DNA of 63,996 bases, the filler included, from Stramenopiles sp. TOSAG23-2 (taxonomy: Eukaryota), in NCBI GenBank assembly GCA_900128395.1. It is 5 parts of 5 records of this genome, joined end to end, with 100 filler letters (N's around TTAATTAATTAA, not from the genome) between each part and the next. Parts side by side here need not be neighbours in the genome. Positions count along the whole stretch, not along the records: positions 26,742 to 40,003 come from LT649812.1; positions 40,104 to 53,344 come from LT649813.1; 3 more parts are not named here. One strand, 5' to 3'. This document shows, piece after piece, positions 32,703 to 43,782 of the stretch (positions within the stretch are counted from its first letter, which is position 1; every line of letters starts with the position of its first letter). The translations under genes and the position numbers were made by a program. The notes below the pieces were generated by a model that was given only the letters and a program-made list of their open reading frames with translations, made no database searches and was not told where the DNA came from.

Positions 32703-33668
32703 TTAAAAATTTAAAAGGTATTCAATAAACTGTAATTCAACTAATATAGCATCACATATATAAGTTTCTCGATCAAATTCGATCATAATCTGAATCATTC
32801 CATAAGGACCTTGAACATCTTGCACTATTTGGACTGATGCAACTTGTTTATTTTCATATGTTACATTGAATTGCGCTTTATTGCTAACATTTTTTGGGTG
32901 AATAGAAAATAAATCCCCATTACCAAATGCTTCAATATCGTTTCTTGGATCATATCTTGGTTTCTCATCTTGAAAATTTCTATTCATTTTACCTTCAAAA
33001 TCATGATTCCGTATGGTATCTATTATATCTGCTCCTGTTATTGAAAAAAAACCATGTTTATCAATTAAACTTTTAGGCGGCTCTTGAGGAATAAAGTGTA
33101 TTTGAATTGGTATATGATAGTTTTTAACTTTCTCTGGATTGTTAATGGTATCCTCACATATACTGAATGTGACGAAGTAGGTGTATTTGACTAGCTTTCC
33201 TAAGAAGGATGGTGGCATTAAATTTGGTAATTTTAGTGTATATTTGACAACCACGTCTCTACCGTCGCTCGGTTTAATTTTGAACTCCTCAAACATTGGC
33301 GTTCCATACAATATACAGTAACCTCTCTTCCCAGTATAATTCACGAAATGTGGCATATTTTCAGGCACGTCGCTCATTGTTCCACAGTTTTGTACACTAA
33401 TATCATTTAATTTTCGATACACTTTTGGCAACTTTATCGCTTTATCAACAAGTATTTCATGCCCGATAGTCACATGGCCATGAGTTTGCACACCGACCCA
33501 AAAACTGCTACTCATACTTTTATCCACATTACCAGGAACAAACATATTCGATTTATCACGTGTATGTATAAGACATTCAATTTCTTCACCTACGTAAAAT
33601 TCATTTGTTTCAAAACGAGCAATCAGATCTTTGCATTCACCAATACTACCAATATTTCTATTCATCAT
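32703..33668 (-). CDS. RGP1: RGP1-like (RAB6A-GEF complex partner), apparently C-terminally short
   Basis: Motifs collinear with RGP1: F.VGEEIECLI, WVGVQ.HG, LP..MPPSFLGKLVKYTY, FNVT....VA, C..I.VELQFIE. First ATG is at 33668 (the listed ORF starts at TTG 33683). Confidence 0.6.
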   Translation of the reverse strand: MMNRNIGSIGECKDLIARFETNEFYVGEEIECLIHTRDKSNMFVPGNVDKSMSSSFWVGVQTHGHVTIGHEILVDKAIKLPKVYRKLNDISVQNCGTMSDVPENMPHFVNYTGKRGYCILYGTPMFEEFKIKPSDGRDVVVKYTLKLPNLMPPSFLGKLVKYTYFVTFSICEDTINNPEKVKNYHIPIQIHFIPQEPPKSLIDKHGFFSITGADIIDTIRNHDFEGKMNRNFQDEKPRYDPRNDIEAFGNGDLFSIHPKNVSNKAQFNVTYENKQVASVQIVQDVQGPYGMIQIMIEFDRETYICDAILVELQFIEYLLNF

Positions 33669-33709
33669 TTTCAAATTTACCAAATCGATCCTTTTTGTTT
33701 GTTTTTTCT

Positions 33710-33835
33710 TTTCTATTTCAATACTATTTTCTTAATATTTATTTAGGTAATAATTTTTTTGCAATTCTTCAATTTCTATTTCAATACTATTTTCTTAATA
33801 TTTATTTAGGTAATAATTTTTTTGCAATTCTTCAA
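33710..33835. repeat. Perfect tandem duplication, 63-bp unit x2
   Basis: 33710-33772 is identical to 33773-33835. Confidence 0.9.
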
Positions 33836-34330
33836 TTTAATGTAATCTATAATTTAAATTATTGTTGCACTACCAGCCCAGCCAGGTAGCTACTTTTTGG
33901 AAGGAGTTGTGTGAAAAAAAGTATTACTCTGTATTACAAAAAATACATATATTTTATATATCGATAGTGCATATTTATTTATTAATAAATAATAATAAGC
34001 ACCACATCAGTGAAGAAGAAATATGATTGATGATAAGCGCGTATTAGTATTTTATATCCTCGTAATACGTGACCAATTATACGACGATAGCTATAATTAG
34101 AATAATAGTATTTACAATAGGAATAATAAGTAAAAAATATTAAGGATACTAGCCCTATACCACCAGGTGGTAGCTAACATCGACACAGCCTTTTTTTATG
34201 TTTTTTTATGATGTTCGGAACTATTTATTAGTCCTCTACTTCTTGTGGTGCACTGGTGACCAGGTGACACTAATAATACAGTAATGTACGTTAGTTGTAT
34301 TATACAAATCTAGGCATATGTTTACATCCT

Positions 34331-34540
34331 CTAATAAAACTAATAACACTCCTTGTTGTATATTTTAACAAATATAATAGAAGAAGAACAAGAGCGATTA
34401 TAATGGGTGCTGGCTGTAGAAAAGCTGCTGGTGACCTAATAAAACTAATAACACTCCTTGTTGTATATTTTAACAAATATAATAGAAGAAGAACAAGAGC
34501 GATTATAATGGGTGCTGGCTGTAGAAAAGCTGCTGGTGAC
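34331..34540. repeat. Perfect tandem duplication, 105-bp unit x2
   Basis: 34331-34435 is identical to 34436-34540. It spans the start codon of the EF-hand gene. Confidence 0.95.
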
Positions 34541-35930
34541 AAATGGAGTGATATAAGAGATGGTGATGAAAAAATATTTAAACTAGATGGGTTGTTCCAA
34601 GAAACAATTAAACATAGAAAATTTATTGTAAATACAATAGAAGGTCAGGATGAGGAAGCTATGGAAACATTTAAAAAACTGGGATTAACAGCATTAATCA
34701 TAGATAAATTTTATAGTACGTTTAGAGCGATTGATGGTGATAACGGTGGTGAGATTGATATGCACGAGTTTTATGTCTTTTTTGATTTAGAAGAATCGCC
34801 CTTTGTTGATAGGGCATTTGCACTTTTTGACCGTGATGGTTCAGGGCAAATTGATTTTGAAGAGTTTGTCACTGCGGTCTGGAATTTTTGTACAACTCCA
34901 GCAGCAGAATTAATAGATTTTGCATTTAATTTATATGATTTAGACGGGTCTAAAGACTTGGACAAAGAAGAGGTTAAAACGTTAGTAGGGGAGATTTTAG
35001 GGGATAATGGTACAACGGATAAAGAACTTGAAGAAACTGGTGGTGGTGGGGACATTATGGATATGGCTAAAATTAATGTAGATCGATTGATGAAAGATCT
35101 AAGACCTAGCAAAAATGGATTAATAGATATAAAAGCATTTCGTAAATTTGTGGAGAGACAACCAGTCTCGATGAAACCAGCATATAAATTGCAACAAACG
35201 CTGCAATCGAGAATTATTGGAGAAGCATATTGGAAGACTGCGTCTAGGAAAAGAGACAAAGTTTTAGCTATGGCAAAGGGTCAAGTTGATGGGAAAATTA
35301 ATACAAAAGCGGGTGGAGCTGATGTAAATGAATAGGAAAAGAGACAAAGTTTTAGCTATGGCAAAGGGTCAAGTTGATGGGAAAATTAATACAAAAGCGG
35401 GTGGAGCTGATGTAAATGAATTTGGTGTTGAATTTATTCAAAGTGCTACAAAAAAAGCAGCTGGGAAAGATGATATCAAGGGGCGTTATGATGAACTTGC
35501 AAATGATGAATACGAAGCAGCAAAGTTCCGTATTGAAGAAGCAGCAAAATTGCGGTATAAAGTGAAAATGCAAGAGCAACTGTGGCAATCACAAAATGAA
35601 GCTACAAATGGTGCAAACGCTGATCCATTAGAATTATTAGCAAAACTAGATGATCCAGCTCATGCAGGTGAAGAGAAAGATAAAATAAAGAAAGGTATCG
35701 AAGATGAATTGTATGCAATCAAACATATGCGAAGCGATAAGAAAAAAACACCAACAGTTGAACGAAATTTTGGTGTACGTGTTCCAGGTGGTATCCGAAG
35801 ACATAGGTTATTGAGTTCAACAAATCCAATAGGCGGTGCCACAGAAATGTCAGCATTGCGTAAACGTGCCATGCGGATTGAAAGGTATGGTGAAGATGAT
35901 AGAAATGGTCCAAAATTAGCATTGCATTGA
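34508..35930 (+). CDS. N-acylated EF-hand calcium sensor (calcineurin B/NCS-like) with C-terminal extension; split by an 88-bp duplication
   Basis: MGAGC start. EF loops DGDNGGEIDMHE, DRDGSGQIDFEE, DLDGSKDLDKEE. Removing one 88-bp copy fuses ORFs 34295-35335 and 35328-35930 into one 444-aa protein. Confidence 0.82.
35245..35420. repeat. Perfect tandem duplication, 88-bp unit x2 (creates a premature stop)
   Basis: 35245-35332 is identical to 35333-35420. Confidence 0.95.
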
Positions 35931-36233
35931 GAGAGAAAGGTTTTGTCCATTTTTTTTTTTCATGTACAATTGTACATATTACTCCCAGTATATGTACATA
36001 ATGCACACTGGGCGTTTGTATATGTTATTTATGCACCCGCATAATACAAATTTGTATTTTTGTAAACTATTGTAACAAGATGTCTGTGTAAAAATTTATA
36101 CGAAGTATATAATATATTATATTAATTACACTCGTATTTACGAAGTATAAAATATATGTGCGTACAAATTAAATTATAAATATTCGTCGTCGTATGATAC
36201 TCTTTATCGACCAAAGTGTATGATGTCTCTTTT

Positions 36234-37519
36234 CTAAAAATTCACAAAGTTCTTCGTATGCTTATTTATTGATTCCGTCTTCTTCTCTAAAATTATGGAA
36301 AAATTATTTCGATTCTTTCCTTGTTTAATATTCTTAAATCGAGGAAAATAAAAATTAAACCTATTTTTCTTCGTATGCTTATTTATTGATTCCGTCTTCT
36401 TCTCTAAAATTATGGAAAAATTATTTCGATTCTTTCCTTGTTTAATATTCTTAAATCGAGGAAAATAAAAATTAAACCTATTTGTATTTGGTTTCTCTAA
36501 TTCAAAGATAGCAAGTAGAAGTTTCTTAGTAACTTTTGATGATAATAATTTAAAATTTATGTGTCCCATCAACTGTGTTAAAACTTCCATATCAAAATAT
36601 CTGCTGTTATTTATACAAGCACTTGGTAATACTAGAAATAATAGTCCACCCTTTGTTAACAAATTTGGATGTGAACATTTAAACAGCATATCACCACGCT
36701 TATGTGGAGACCCTAAAAAATTTACAACTAGAGATAAAACGATACAATTATATCCACCTTTATGTATATTTAATTCATTGTTCACGTTCTTATGAATAAC
36801 ATAGTCTTGGAAAAAATCAAAGAAATCATATTTGATTACATCAGGCCCCATCGGATTTAAATCAATACACGTCACTTTTAATTTTTTTGTAGGTTTATTT
36901 ATGTATTGATTATTTATTGCTCCAACATCAAGCACGTAGTAGTTATCTTTGTCGTTACTACTACGTTTACAGAAGATTCTCTTGTGGATTTCGTTTTTTA
37001 CCCATAATCCACAATTAAATCCTGCATTCTCAATCGTTGAGCTACCAAATATAGATGCTTCTTGGTATTTTTTTAATGATATTTTATTATTTTTTTCAAT
37101 GTGTGCTATTTGTTTACATTTTTCTTCTTTCGATAAATTTGTGTTTGATTTGATTTTTTCAATATTTTTCATAAAAACATGATATTTCGCAACTGTTGCT
37201 TGGCTTTCTATACTATTTTTAAAAGACGAATTCGATTTACTCCCTGTTTCCAATTTAGTATTATCCGACAAATGATTGTGTTTCATTTTTTTGGTATTAT
37301 TACTATTTTTATTATTATTTGTTGAAAATGTTGACTTTGCCAATAATGTTGCTTTTCGTTTCTTTCTTCTTTTTTTCTTCTTTTTCTCTTTCTTTCCTTC
37401 ATTTGGTGTGTTGAAAATGTTGACTTTGCCAATAATGTTGCTTTTCGTTTCTTTCTTCTTTTTTTCTTCTTTTTCTCTTTCTTTCCTTCATTTGGTGAAG
37501 GTGTAGGGATATGAATCAT
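36234..37519 (-). CDS. BMT2: 25S rRNA (adenine-N1)-methyltransferase BMT2; disrupted by 89-bp and 117-bp duplications
   Basis: Motifs YQEASIFG, LDVGA, IDLNP, LSLVVNF....RGDML, LFLVLPSACINNSRY and RNNFSIIL. Collapsing the 89-bp duplication links ATG 37519 to the main ORF. Confidence 0.85.
36250..36483. repeat. Perfect tandem duplication, 117-bp unit x2 (in frame)
   Basis: 36250-36366 is identical to 36367-36483. It duplicates the last 39 codons region of BMT2. Confidence 0.95.
37320..37497. repeat. Perfect tandem duplication, 89-bp unit x2 (frameshift)
   Basis: 37320-37408 is identical to 37409-37497. Confidence 0.95.
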
Positions 37520-37971
37520 TTCAATGATGGATCTGACACCGTTTATTGATATATGCGTCCTTTGTCAAATTAATTTTATCTATATGTATTTAACTTTTAA
37601 TCTGTATTTGTCTATTTCTATTTTATTTCTTTAGTCATCTTATAATTAGGAGTATAATAAGTGAAATAAGTATAAGTCCTAGAAGACTTTTTACGTTATT
37701 ATTATTTATTAGCTACGCTACAGTAATAATTATTGCACTATTTAAGGACCAAAAAGGCAACCCCATATAAAATAATAAAAATAATAATATTATATCGATA
37801 TGCACATATTATTATATGTACTTTTCTTCTATTGTATTATTAATAAAATGTATAAAAAAGATATTTTAAATACGTTAATAATAATGCACGATAATTGTAG
37901 AAAAGTGCAAAACACAAAACGGAACGAAGAGATAGATAACAAAACGTGAAAAAGACCTTTGCGCAATTACA

Positions 37972-39681
37972 ATGCTATCCTTTATAAAGCGTGTCGGTAG
38001 CAATGGCGCTTATAATTTGATACGCCATCAGTACTGCAATATTAATAGTGGCAATATCAAACAAAGAACATTTAAAACAATAGGTACTGCATTAAACTTA
38101 CATGATCAAAATGAAGTACAACTAAGATATGATTTAAGCATAGAATTAAATCAAAAGTTAAATACACTTACCGAGTTTGCATTGGCTGGTGGTGGTGATA
38201 AGGCTGTCAAACGGCATGTGGAAAAGAACAAAAAGCTACTTGTACGTGATAGGATTAAACGATTACTAGATCCATCATCTACATTTATAGAATTTTCACT
38301 GCTTGCTGGTTTAGACTTGTATGGAACAAACGTTCAGGGTGCAGGTACGGTATGCGGAATCGGTAAAGTGAATGGTAAAGATGTGATGGTGATTGCAAAT
38401 GATGCGACTGTTAGTGGTGGTGCTGCATACCCAATTTCTGTGGCAAAATCCCTCAGAGCGCAAGAAATTGCGCTGGAAAATCGATTGCCCTGTTTTTATA
38501 TTGTCGATAGTGCTGGTGCATTTTTACCAATGCAAAGCGAAATTTTTCCAGATAAAAATCATGGTGGGCGATGGTTTTATAATCAAGCAAGGATGTCGTC
38601 AATAGATATACCCCAAATTGCTATCATATCTGGGTCATGTACTGCAGGTGGTGCATACATGTGTACAATGAGCGACGAAGCTGTTATTGTGAAAGATTTA
38701 GGTAAAGTTTTCTTGGGAGGCCCACCTTTAGTAAAAGCGGCGACTGGTGAGATTGTAAGCGAGTTGGAATTAGGAGGCGCTGATTTACATACAAAATTAA
38801 GTGGATGTACAGATCATTTTGCAGAGAATGAAGAGGAGGCTTTTGAAATTGCACGTTTTATTGCAGAGACACTACCCGATAGAAAATTGTCATGGATTGG
38901 ACACGAACAATCTAGATATTATAATATGGCTAATGAAAATAATAACAGTAAGAATAACAGTAATGTAAATGATAATAATAATAATAATAATAATAAAGGA
39001 ATTCCACCTAAATTTGACACCAATGAATTATTAAGTATTGCATCTAGAACAAATGAAAATGAAAGGATTAATATGCTTGAAGCATTGGCGCGTATTGTTG
39101 ATGGTAGTAAATTACATGAGCATCGATCAAATTATGGAGAAACGTTAATAACTGGGTGGGCGAGAATTGAAGGTATCTTAGTTGGAATAATAGCAAATAA
39201 TGGACCGCTGGTAGAAGGTACATATGAAAAGTTTGAAAAAAAGAATGGAATTGAAAATGTTGGAGCCAGTGCATGTCCTGCAGCACTAAAAGGTTCTCAT
39301 TTTATACGTTTATGTGAACAAAAAGAAATTCCATTAATTTATTTTGTTGATACGGATGATACTGATGACATAAGATATGGTGGTAAAAATGTCGGTGTTA
39401 TGAAAGATATAGCAAAGATGATGCAAGTTGGAAATTCAACTGCGTTACCAAAAATAACAATTGTATGTGGTCGAAATACTGGACCCAGTTCATTTGCCAT
39501 GTCGCCAAGTAGTAGCAGTCCTACATTTTTACTTTCATGGCCTCATGCTAGATCTGGTATAGAAGGTAGTTTTTACGATTCCTTTTACGGGACATCAAGA
39601 ATGTGGGATGATGGTATTATATCACCGATTGAAACACGTGAAAAATTAGGGGATTTATTAAGAATTATTGTAAAAGCTTAA
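37972..39681 (+). CDS. MCCC2: Methylcrotonyl-CoA carboxylase beta-like carboxyltransferase, probably mitochondrial; divergent C-domain
   Basis: Motifs KLLVRDRI..LLD, ANDATV.GG..YP, RAQEIALENRLP, VDSAGAFLP.Q..IFPD, GSCTAGGAY, FLGGPPLVKAATGE, LGGADLH and SRMWDDGII. Arg-rich presequence-like N-terminus. May be a paralogue rather than the orthologue. Confidence 0.8.
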   Translation: MLSFIKRVGSNGAYNLIRHQYCNINSGNIKQRTFKTIGTALNLHDQNEVQLRYDLSIELNQKLNTLTEFALAGGGDKAVKRHVEKNKKLLVRDRIKRLLDPSSTFIEFSLLAGLDLYGTNVQGAGTVCGIGKVNGKDVMVIANDATVSGGAAYPISVAKSLRAQEIALENRLPCFYIVDSAGAFLPMQSEIFPDKNHGGRWFYNQARMSSIDIPQIAIISGSCTAGGAYMCTMSDEAVIVKDLGKVFLGGPPLVKAATGEIVSELELGGADLHTKLSGCTDHFAENEEEAFEIARFIAETLPDRKLSWIGHEQSRYYNMANENNNSKNNSNVNDNNNNNNNKGIPPKFDTNELLSIASRTNENERINMLEALARIVDGSKLHEHRSNYGETLITGWARIEGILVGIIANNGPLVEGTYEKFEKKNGIENVGASACPAALKGSHFIRLCEQKEIPLIYFVDTDDTDDIRYGGKNVGVMKDIAKMMQVGNSTALPKITIVCGRNTGPSSFAMSPSSSSPTFLLSWPHARSGIEGSFYDSFYGTSRMWDDGIISPIETREKLGDLLRIIVKA

Positions 39682-40003
39682 TAAAAGGAGTGAGGAATAC
39701 CTCTATAAAATACGACTGTAAAATTTTGTTTTCTTTTTTCGGCCACACCCTTCTTTCGCAAAAAATTTTGCAGAATGTATATAAATAGAATAAAGTCACT
39801 TATTTTTGAAAGGCCTTGTGTTCTTGCTAATTATAACATTAACACAGCATTAACAGGAAAAACCAGCAATATCATAATTATTTCGCTCTCTCAAGTACAA
39901 CAAATACCTAATCTGTCCTATCAAATATATCAAACACTACAAATTTACTGAGTATATGAAAAGGACTACATTAAGTATAAATATGATAGGAAATGAAAAT
40001 CAG

Positions 40004-40103
40004 NNNNNNNNNNNNNNNNNNNNNNNNNNNNNNNNNNNNNNNNNNNNTTAATTAATTAANNNNNNNNNNNNNNNNNNNNNNNNNNNNNNNNNNNNNNNNN
40101 NNN
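40004..40103. other. Artificial scaffold linker
   Basis: N44-TTAATTAATTAA-N44. Confidence 0.98.
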
Positions 40104-40220
40104 CCAAAAAAAAAGACCACCTGACATGGGAGGGTCATCGTTAAATGAAATAGCAATAATAACTTAGGCATGGAGGCCGATGAACATTATGTGCCGATGT
40201 CGCTCGTTGTGCAGTATATT

Positions 40221-40273
40221 TACCAGCATACTGTACCAGCATACCAGCATACCAGCATACCAGCATACCAGCA
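40221..40273. repeat. 8-bp minisatellite (TACCAGCA)x5 plus one detached copy
   Basis: Tandem copies at 40234-40273 and a single copy at 40221-40228. Two more copies at 43443-43458. Confidence 0.85.
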
Positions 40274-40517
40274 TATTATACAGCAAATAAAATAAATACA
40301 CACGCGATTAGCGAATAATATTACAGTAGCAAGATTTCAAAAAAAGGAAAACAGATCATCTGATAGATATTGGATACTATTATCGCAATACTATTTAGGT
40401 GCTATAGCCAAGGCTGACCAACTTTTTCGTTATGATTTTATCCATGCCACCGCTACTGCGGAATTCCATCGTGACTCTACTAAAAATATAAATAGAATAA
40501 ATACACGTATATAATTG

Positions 40518-40749
40518 TACATCTCTCTCTATATACATGTGGATATAATGTTTATGTATGTATATAAATTAATTTGAAGATAACTATATCCAAGTCAATC
40601 GTTTATTTAATATATTATCTAATATAGAAAATTTACATCTCTCTCTATATACATGTGGATATAATGTTTATGTATGTATATAAATTAATTTGAAGATAAC
40701 TATATCCAAGTCAATCGTTTATTTAATATATTATCTAATATAGAAAATT
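40518..40749. repeat. Perfect tandem duplication, 116-bp unit x2
   Basis: 40518-40633 is identical to 40634-40749. Confidence 0.93.
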
Positions 40750-40853
40750 TATTTATATATATATATATATACTAATATATATATATATATATTACGCTAT
40801 ATATAAAATTGTTTTTGCATAGTCGATTATTAAGAATGTTTTAAATCAATAGG

Positions 40854-41406
40854 ATGCATTTTATTTATTTTTATATATTATTTTTAATTACATTATTATT
40901 AAATGTAAGCCCAATTCATGCACAATGTGGGGCGGGAAGGTATGCAAGGCAATATAGAGGTTGGAGATGTTACAATTGCCCTACTGGTCAATATCAAAGT
41001 AGTAATTATCATTCCAATTATAATTGTATACATTGCTCGACTGTAAGTATTATAAATATATATGTCTATCTATTTACATTTATTAAATAGGGCCAAACTA
41101 ACTAATATCTAAATATATAATATTATCATCATATTTTTAGGGGCAATACAACCCCCACAATGCAAGATCTAGTTGTTATAATTGCCCTACAGGGCAATAT
41201 CAAAACCAGAACGCGCAAACGGGTTGCAAGCATTGCCCAACGGGACAATATCAAGGATCTAACGGACAATCAGGGTGCAGCAATTGCCCAACTGTAAGTG
41301 TTATAAATACTATACATTTATCTATTATTAAATATGGCCAAACTAACTAATTTCTAAATTTTATTATCATATTTTTAGGGGCAATATAATCCACATAATG
41401 CAAGAT
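40854..41406 (+). CDS. Secreted Cys-rich (GCC2/GCC3-like CPxGQYQ repeat) protein, 3' truncated; exons 40854-41042, 41141-41293, 41379-~41406
   Basis: Signal peptide followed by CxxCPTGQYQ repeats. Two phase-0 GTAAGT...ACTAAC...TTTTTAG introns keep the frame. Repeat homology stops abruptly in exon 3. Confidence 0.75.
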
Positions 41407-41537
41407 TCTATGTATTATTATGTAGATTATATGATAATATACCTTAATATTTATATTGTATTGTATTATTATTATGTTTTAATGTTTCTAGTTTTTAAGT
41501 TATTTGTCTGTTTAGGAACTCACACCACAACTTAAAA

Positions 41538-41749
41538 AGAGAAACTCTCTAAAAATTAAGCTGCTGCCTGTCTGTCTGTGGCCTGTTGTGGCCGCCTATG
41601 GCACCCTGCAGCATTTTTATAGCAATTAGCAGGTAATTGGTTTAGAGAAACTCTCTAAAAATTAAGCTGCTGCCTGTCTGTCTGTGGCCTGTTGTGGCCG
41701 CCTATGGCACCCTGCAGCATTTTTATAGCAATTAGCAGGTAATTGGTTT
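41538..41749. repeat. Perfect tandem duplication, 106-bp unit x2
   Basis: 41538-41643 is identical to 41644-41749. Confidence 0.95.
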
Positions 41750-42011
41750 TTGGTGATGATGCAAGCTGGCAAGCCCTGCCGATTTTTTAGATTATAGCAT
41801 TATTTATTATTACTATTATTATCTACAATAGTAGCATAAAAAATAATAGATATATTATTCTTAATATAATATTGAGATTGCATATATATATACATACATT
41901 TCTTTTTCCAATCCAAACTATATAGAACTAACACTTATTCATAGATATATTTCTATACATCTATCTATCTATATATTGATTAATTTTATAATAGTAAAAT
42001 AATATAAAAAA

Positions 42012-43202
42012 ATGTCAGATAAAGAAGAGACAAATCCATTATTAAATAATGAAAAAGGTGGAACAGCTGCAACCGCTGATATAGAGAGCAATAATAATAA
42101 TAATAATAATGATAATATCGATGATATAACAAAACCAAATACGAATAATACCATATATAATCAAAATACACCATTTTGCAAATTAATGTGGATTTTGCTA
42201 TTTTTAACTTGTATGATTAGTCAAGTCATTGGATATGTATACTATGAAAGGACAGAGGAGACTATGGTAATACAGACGGCACAGGGAGACGGTAAAAAAA
42301 TTGCAACAGACGAAGCTGGGACCAGAGATACTATTGCCTTTTGGCAAGTATTACCATATACGACATATGCACCAGCTACGATACTTATTATATTTGGTCT
42401 AATAGTCACCTTTTCAAAACAATCTGCTATGTGCATGGGCACAACATGGCATTCATCGCGGCACCAAGTATGCGTCACCTGTGTTTGCTTGCTATTTGTA
42501 CCATTGCTTACTGCATATACTAGTGTGTATTTGAGTGGTGAATTAGACGATTATTATATTGTCAAGGCAGGAGGTTTCCAAAAGAATATAAATCCACAAG
42601 TTCCATTACCAGATCCAAAAGCTAATGTTGGTACCTTGGAATTCACAACTTTTACGTTTTTAGATATAAAGCGAGGCGCATCTTTTGAAGGAAAATCGAA
42701 TGGGAAACCATATGTTGGATGTGCCTTTCCTATTGTACAAGGTACGAAAGAAAAAGATGGTACACTTACGAGTAAACAAAATAGTGTAACATATTGGTCA
42801 TCAAGCTGTGCTACTACTAGCACTTGTTGTAAAAAATATTACGAATCAAAAGGTAGTGATATTTGCGATCATTGGATGAAATTGTCAAGTACTAAATTAT
42901 ATGAAAACAAAACATATGGGATGATCCAACCAAGTTTACCATGCCCAACGAAAGGTCCAATGAATGCAGTTGTTTCATTGCATAAAGTACAATATCCAGA
43001 ACTTTCCTATTCATTAGAAATCACTGGTGATTATCTAGCAACACAAAATGGGCATTTATTTAAAGGTACATTGATAATGTTAATTCCAATTTTAGTTTTA
43101 TCTTTGATCCAAATAATTGGTTTATTTGTTCAACAATATATTAATATTGCCATTTGGAGTGCATTCATGATTTGGCAACAAAAAGAAGACGAGGAGTATT
43201 AG
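42012..43202 (+). CDS. Hypothetical membrane protein (about 4 TM, Cys-rich large loop)
   Basis: 396 aa ORF. N-terminal acidic dileucine-like EETNPLL. Three N-proximal and one C-terminal hydrophobic segments. Confidence 0.75.
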   Translation: MSDKEETNPLLNNEKGGTAATADIESNNNNNNNDNIDDITKPNTNNTIYNQNTPFCKLMWILLFLTCMISQVIGYVYYERTEETMVIQTAQGDGKKIATDEAGTRDTIAFWQVLPYTTYAPATILIIFGLIVTFSKQSAMCMGTTWHSSRHQVCVTCVCLLFVPLLTAYTSVYLSGELDDYYIVKAGGFQKNINPQVPLPDPKANVGTLEFTTFTFLDIKRGASFEGKSNGKPYVGCAFPIVQGTKEKDGTLTSKQNSVTYWSSSCATTSTCCKKYYESKGSDICDHWMKLSSTKLYENKTYGMIQPSLPCPTKGPMNAVVSLHKVQYPELSYSLEITGDYLATQNGHLFKGTLIMLIPILVLSLIQIIGLFVQQYINIAIWSAFMIWQQKEDEEY

Positions 43203-43782
43203 AGAGTGGAAAAAGATATTTATTATATCTTTAAGCTAAACAATTTAGCTGTAGTATAAAAATAGAATACTACACAACCATTTTAACAGAGAGAATTCTC
43301 TCTGATTTTAACTTCCTATATAGAATCTATAAATACCTTAACTAATGTTGAGCGAGCGTGTGCCTGCTGCTGCTCTGCCAAGCCTGTCTGCCTGCATTTA
43401 CTTGAAGTTACAAATAAGTGTTACTGTATAATATTTCCATATTACCAGCATACCAGCATACACAGGATCGTTCTGCGGAATGTATCTTGTATGTACTACC
43501 ATGTGCAAAAAGAACAAAACTAGTCTACCGTAACCGACAAGCAAGAAAAAGAAGCATTCATCAGGTACATAGTACTTTACATATGCAGTATACTGAGACT
43601 GTAATATACAATCAGAAAAAGAAGTAGATAATCCATTAACATTAAAACAAGCAACAATAATCAATATTCTTCGTGTTAATAACATCGTAAAAAATCGTTT
43701 CATCCGTAACGATATAATTTTTTTTAAACGGACACTACTACCTGGTTGTGTAATTTCTTCAACATCTCAGATAGCTACATTT

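Noticed and set aside
27512..39681. Amino-acid catabolism cluster (AASS plus MCCC2-like)
   Set aside because: They share a scaffold but are separated by four unrelated genes, and nothing indicates co-regulation.
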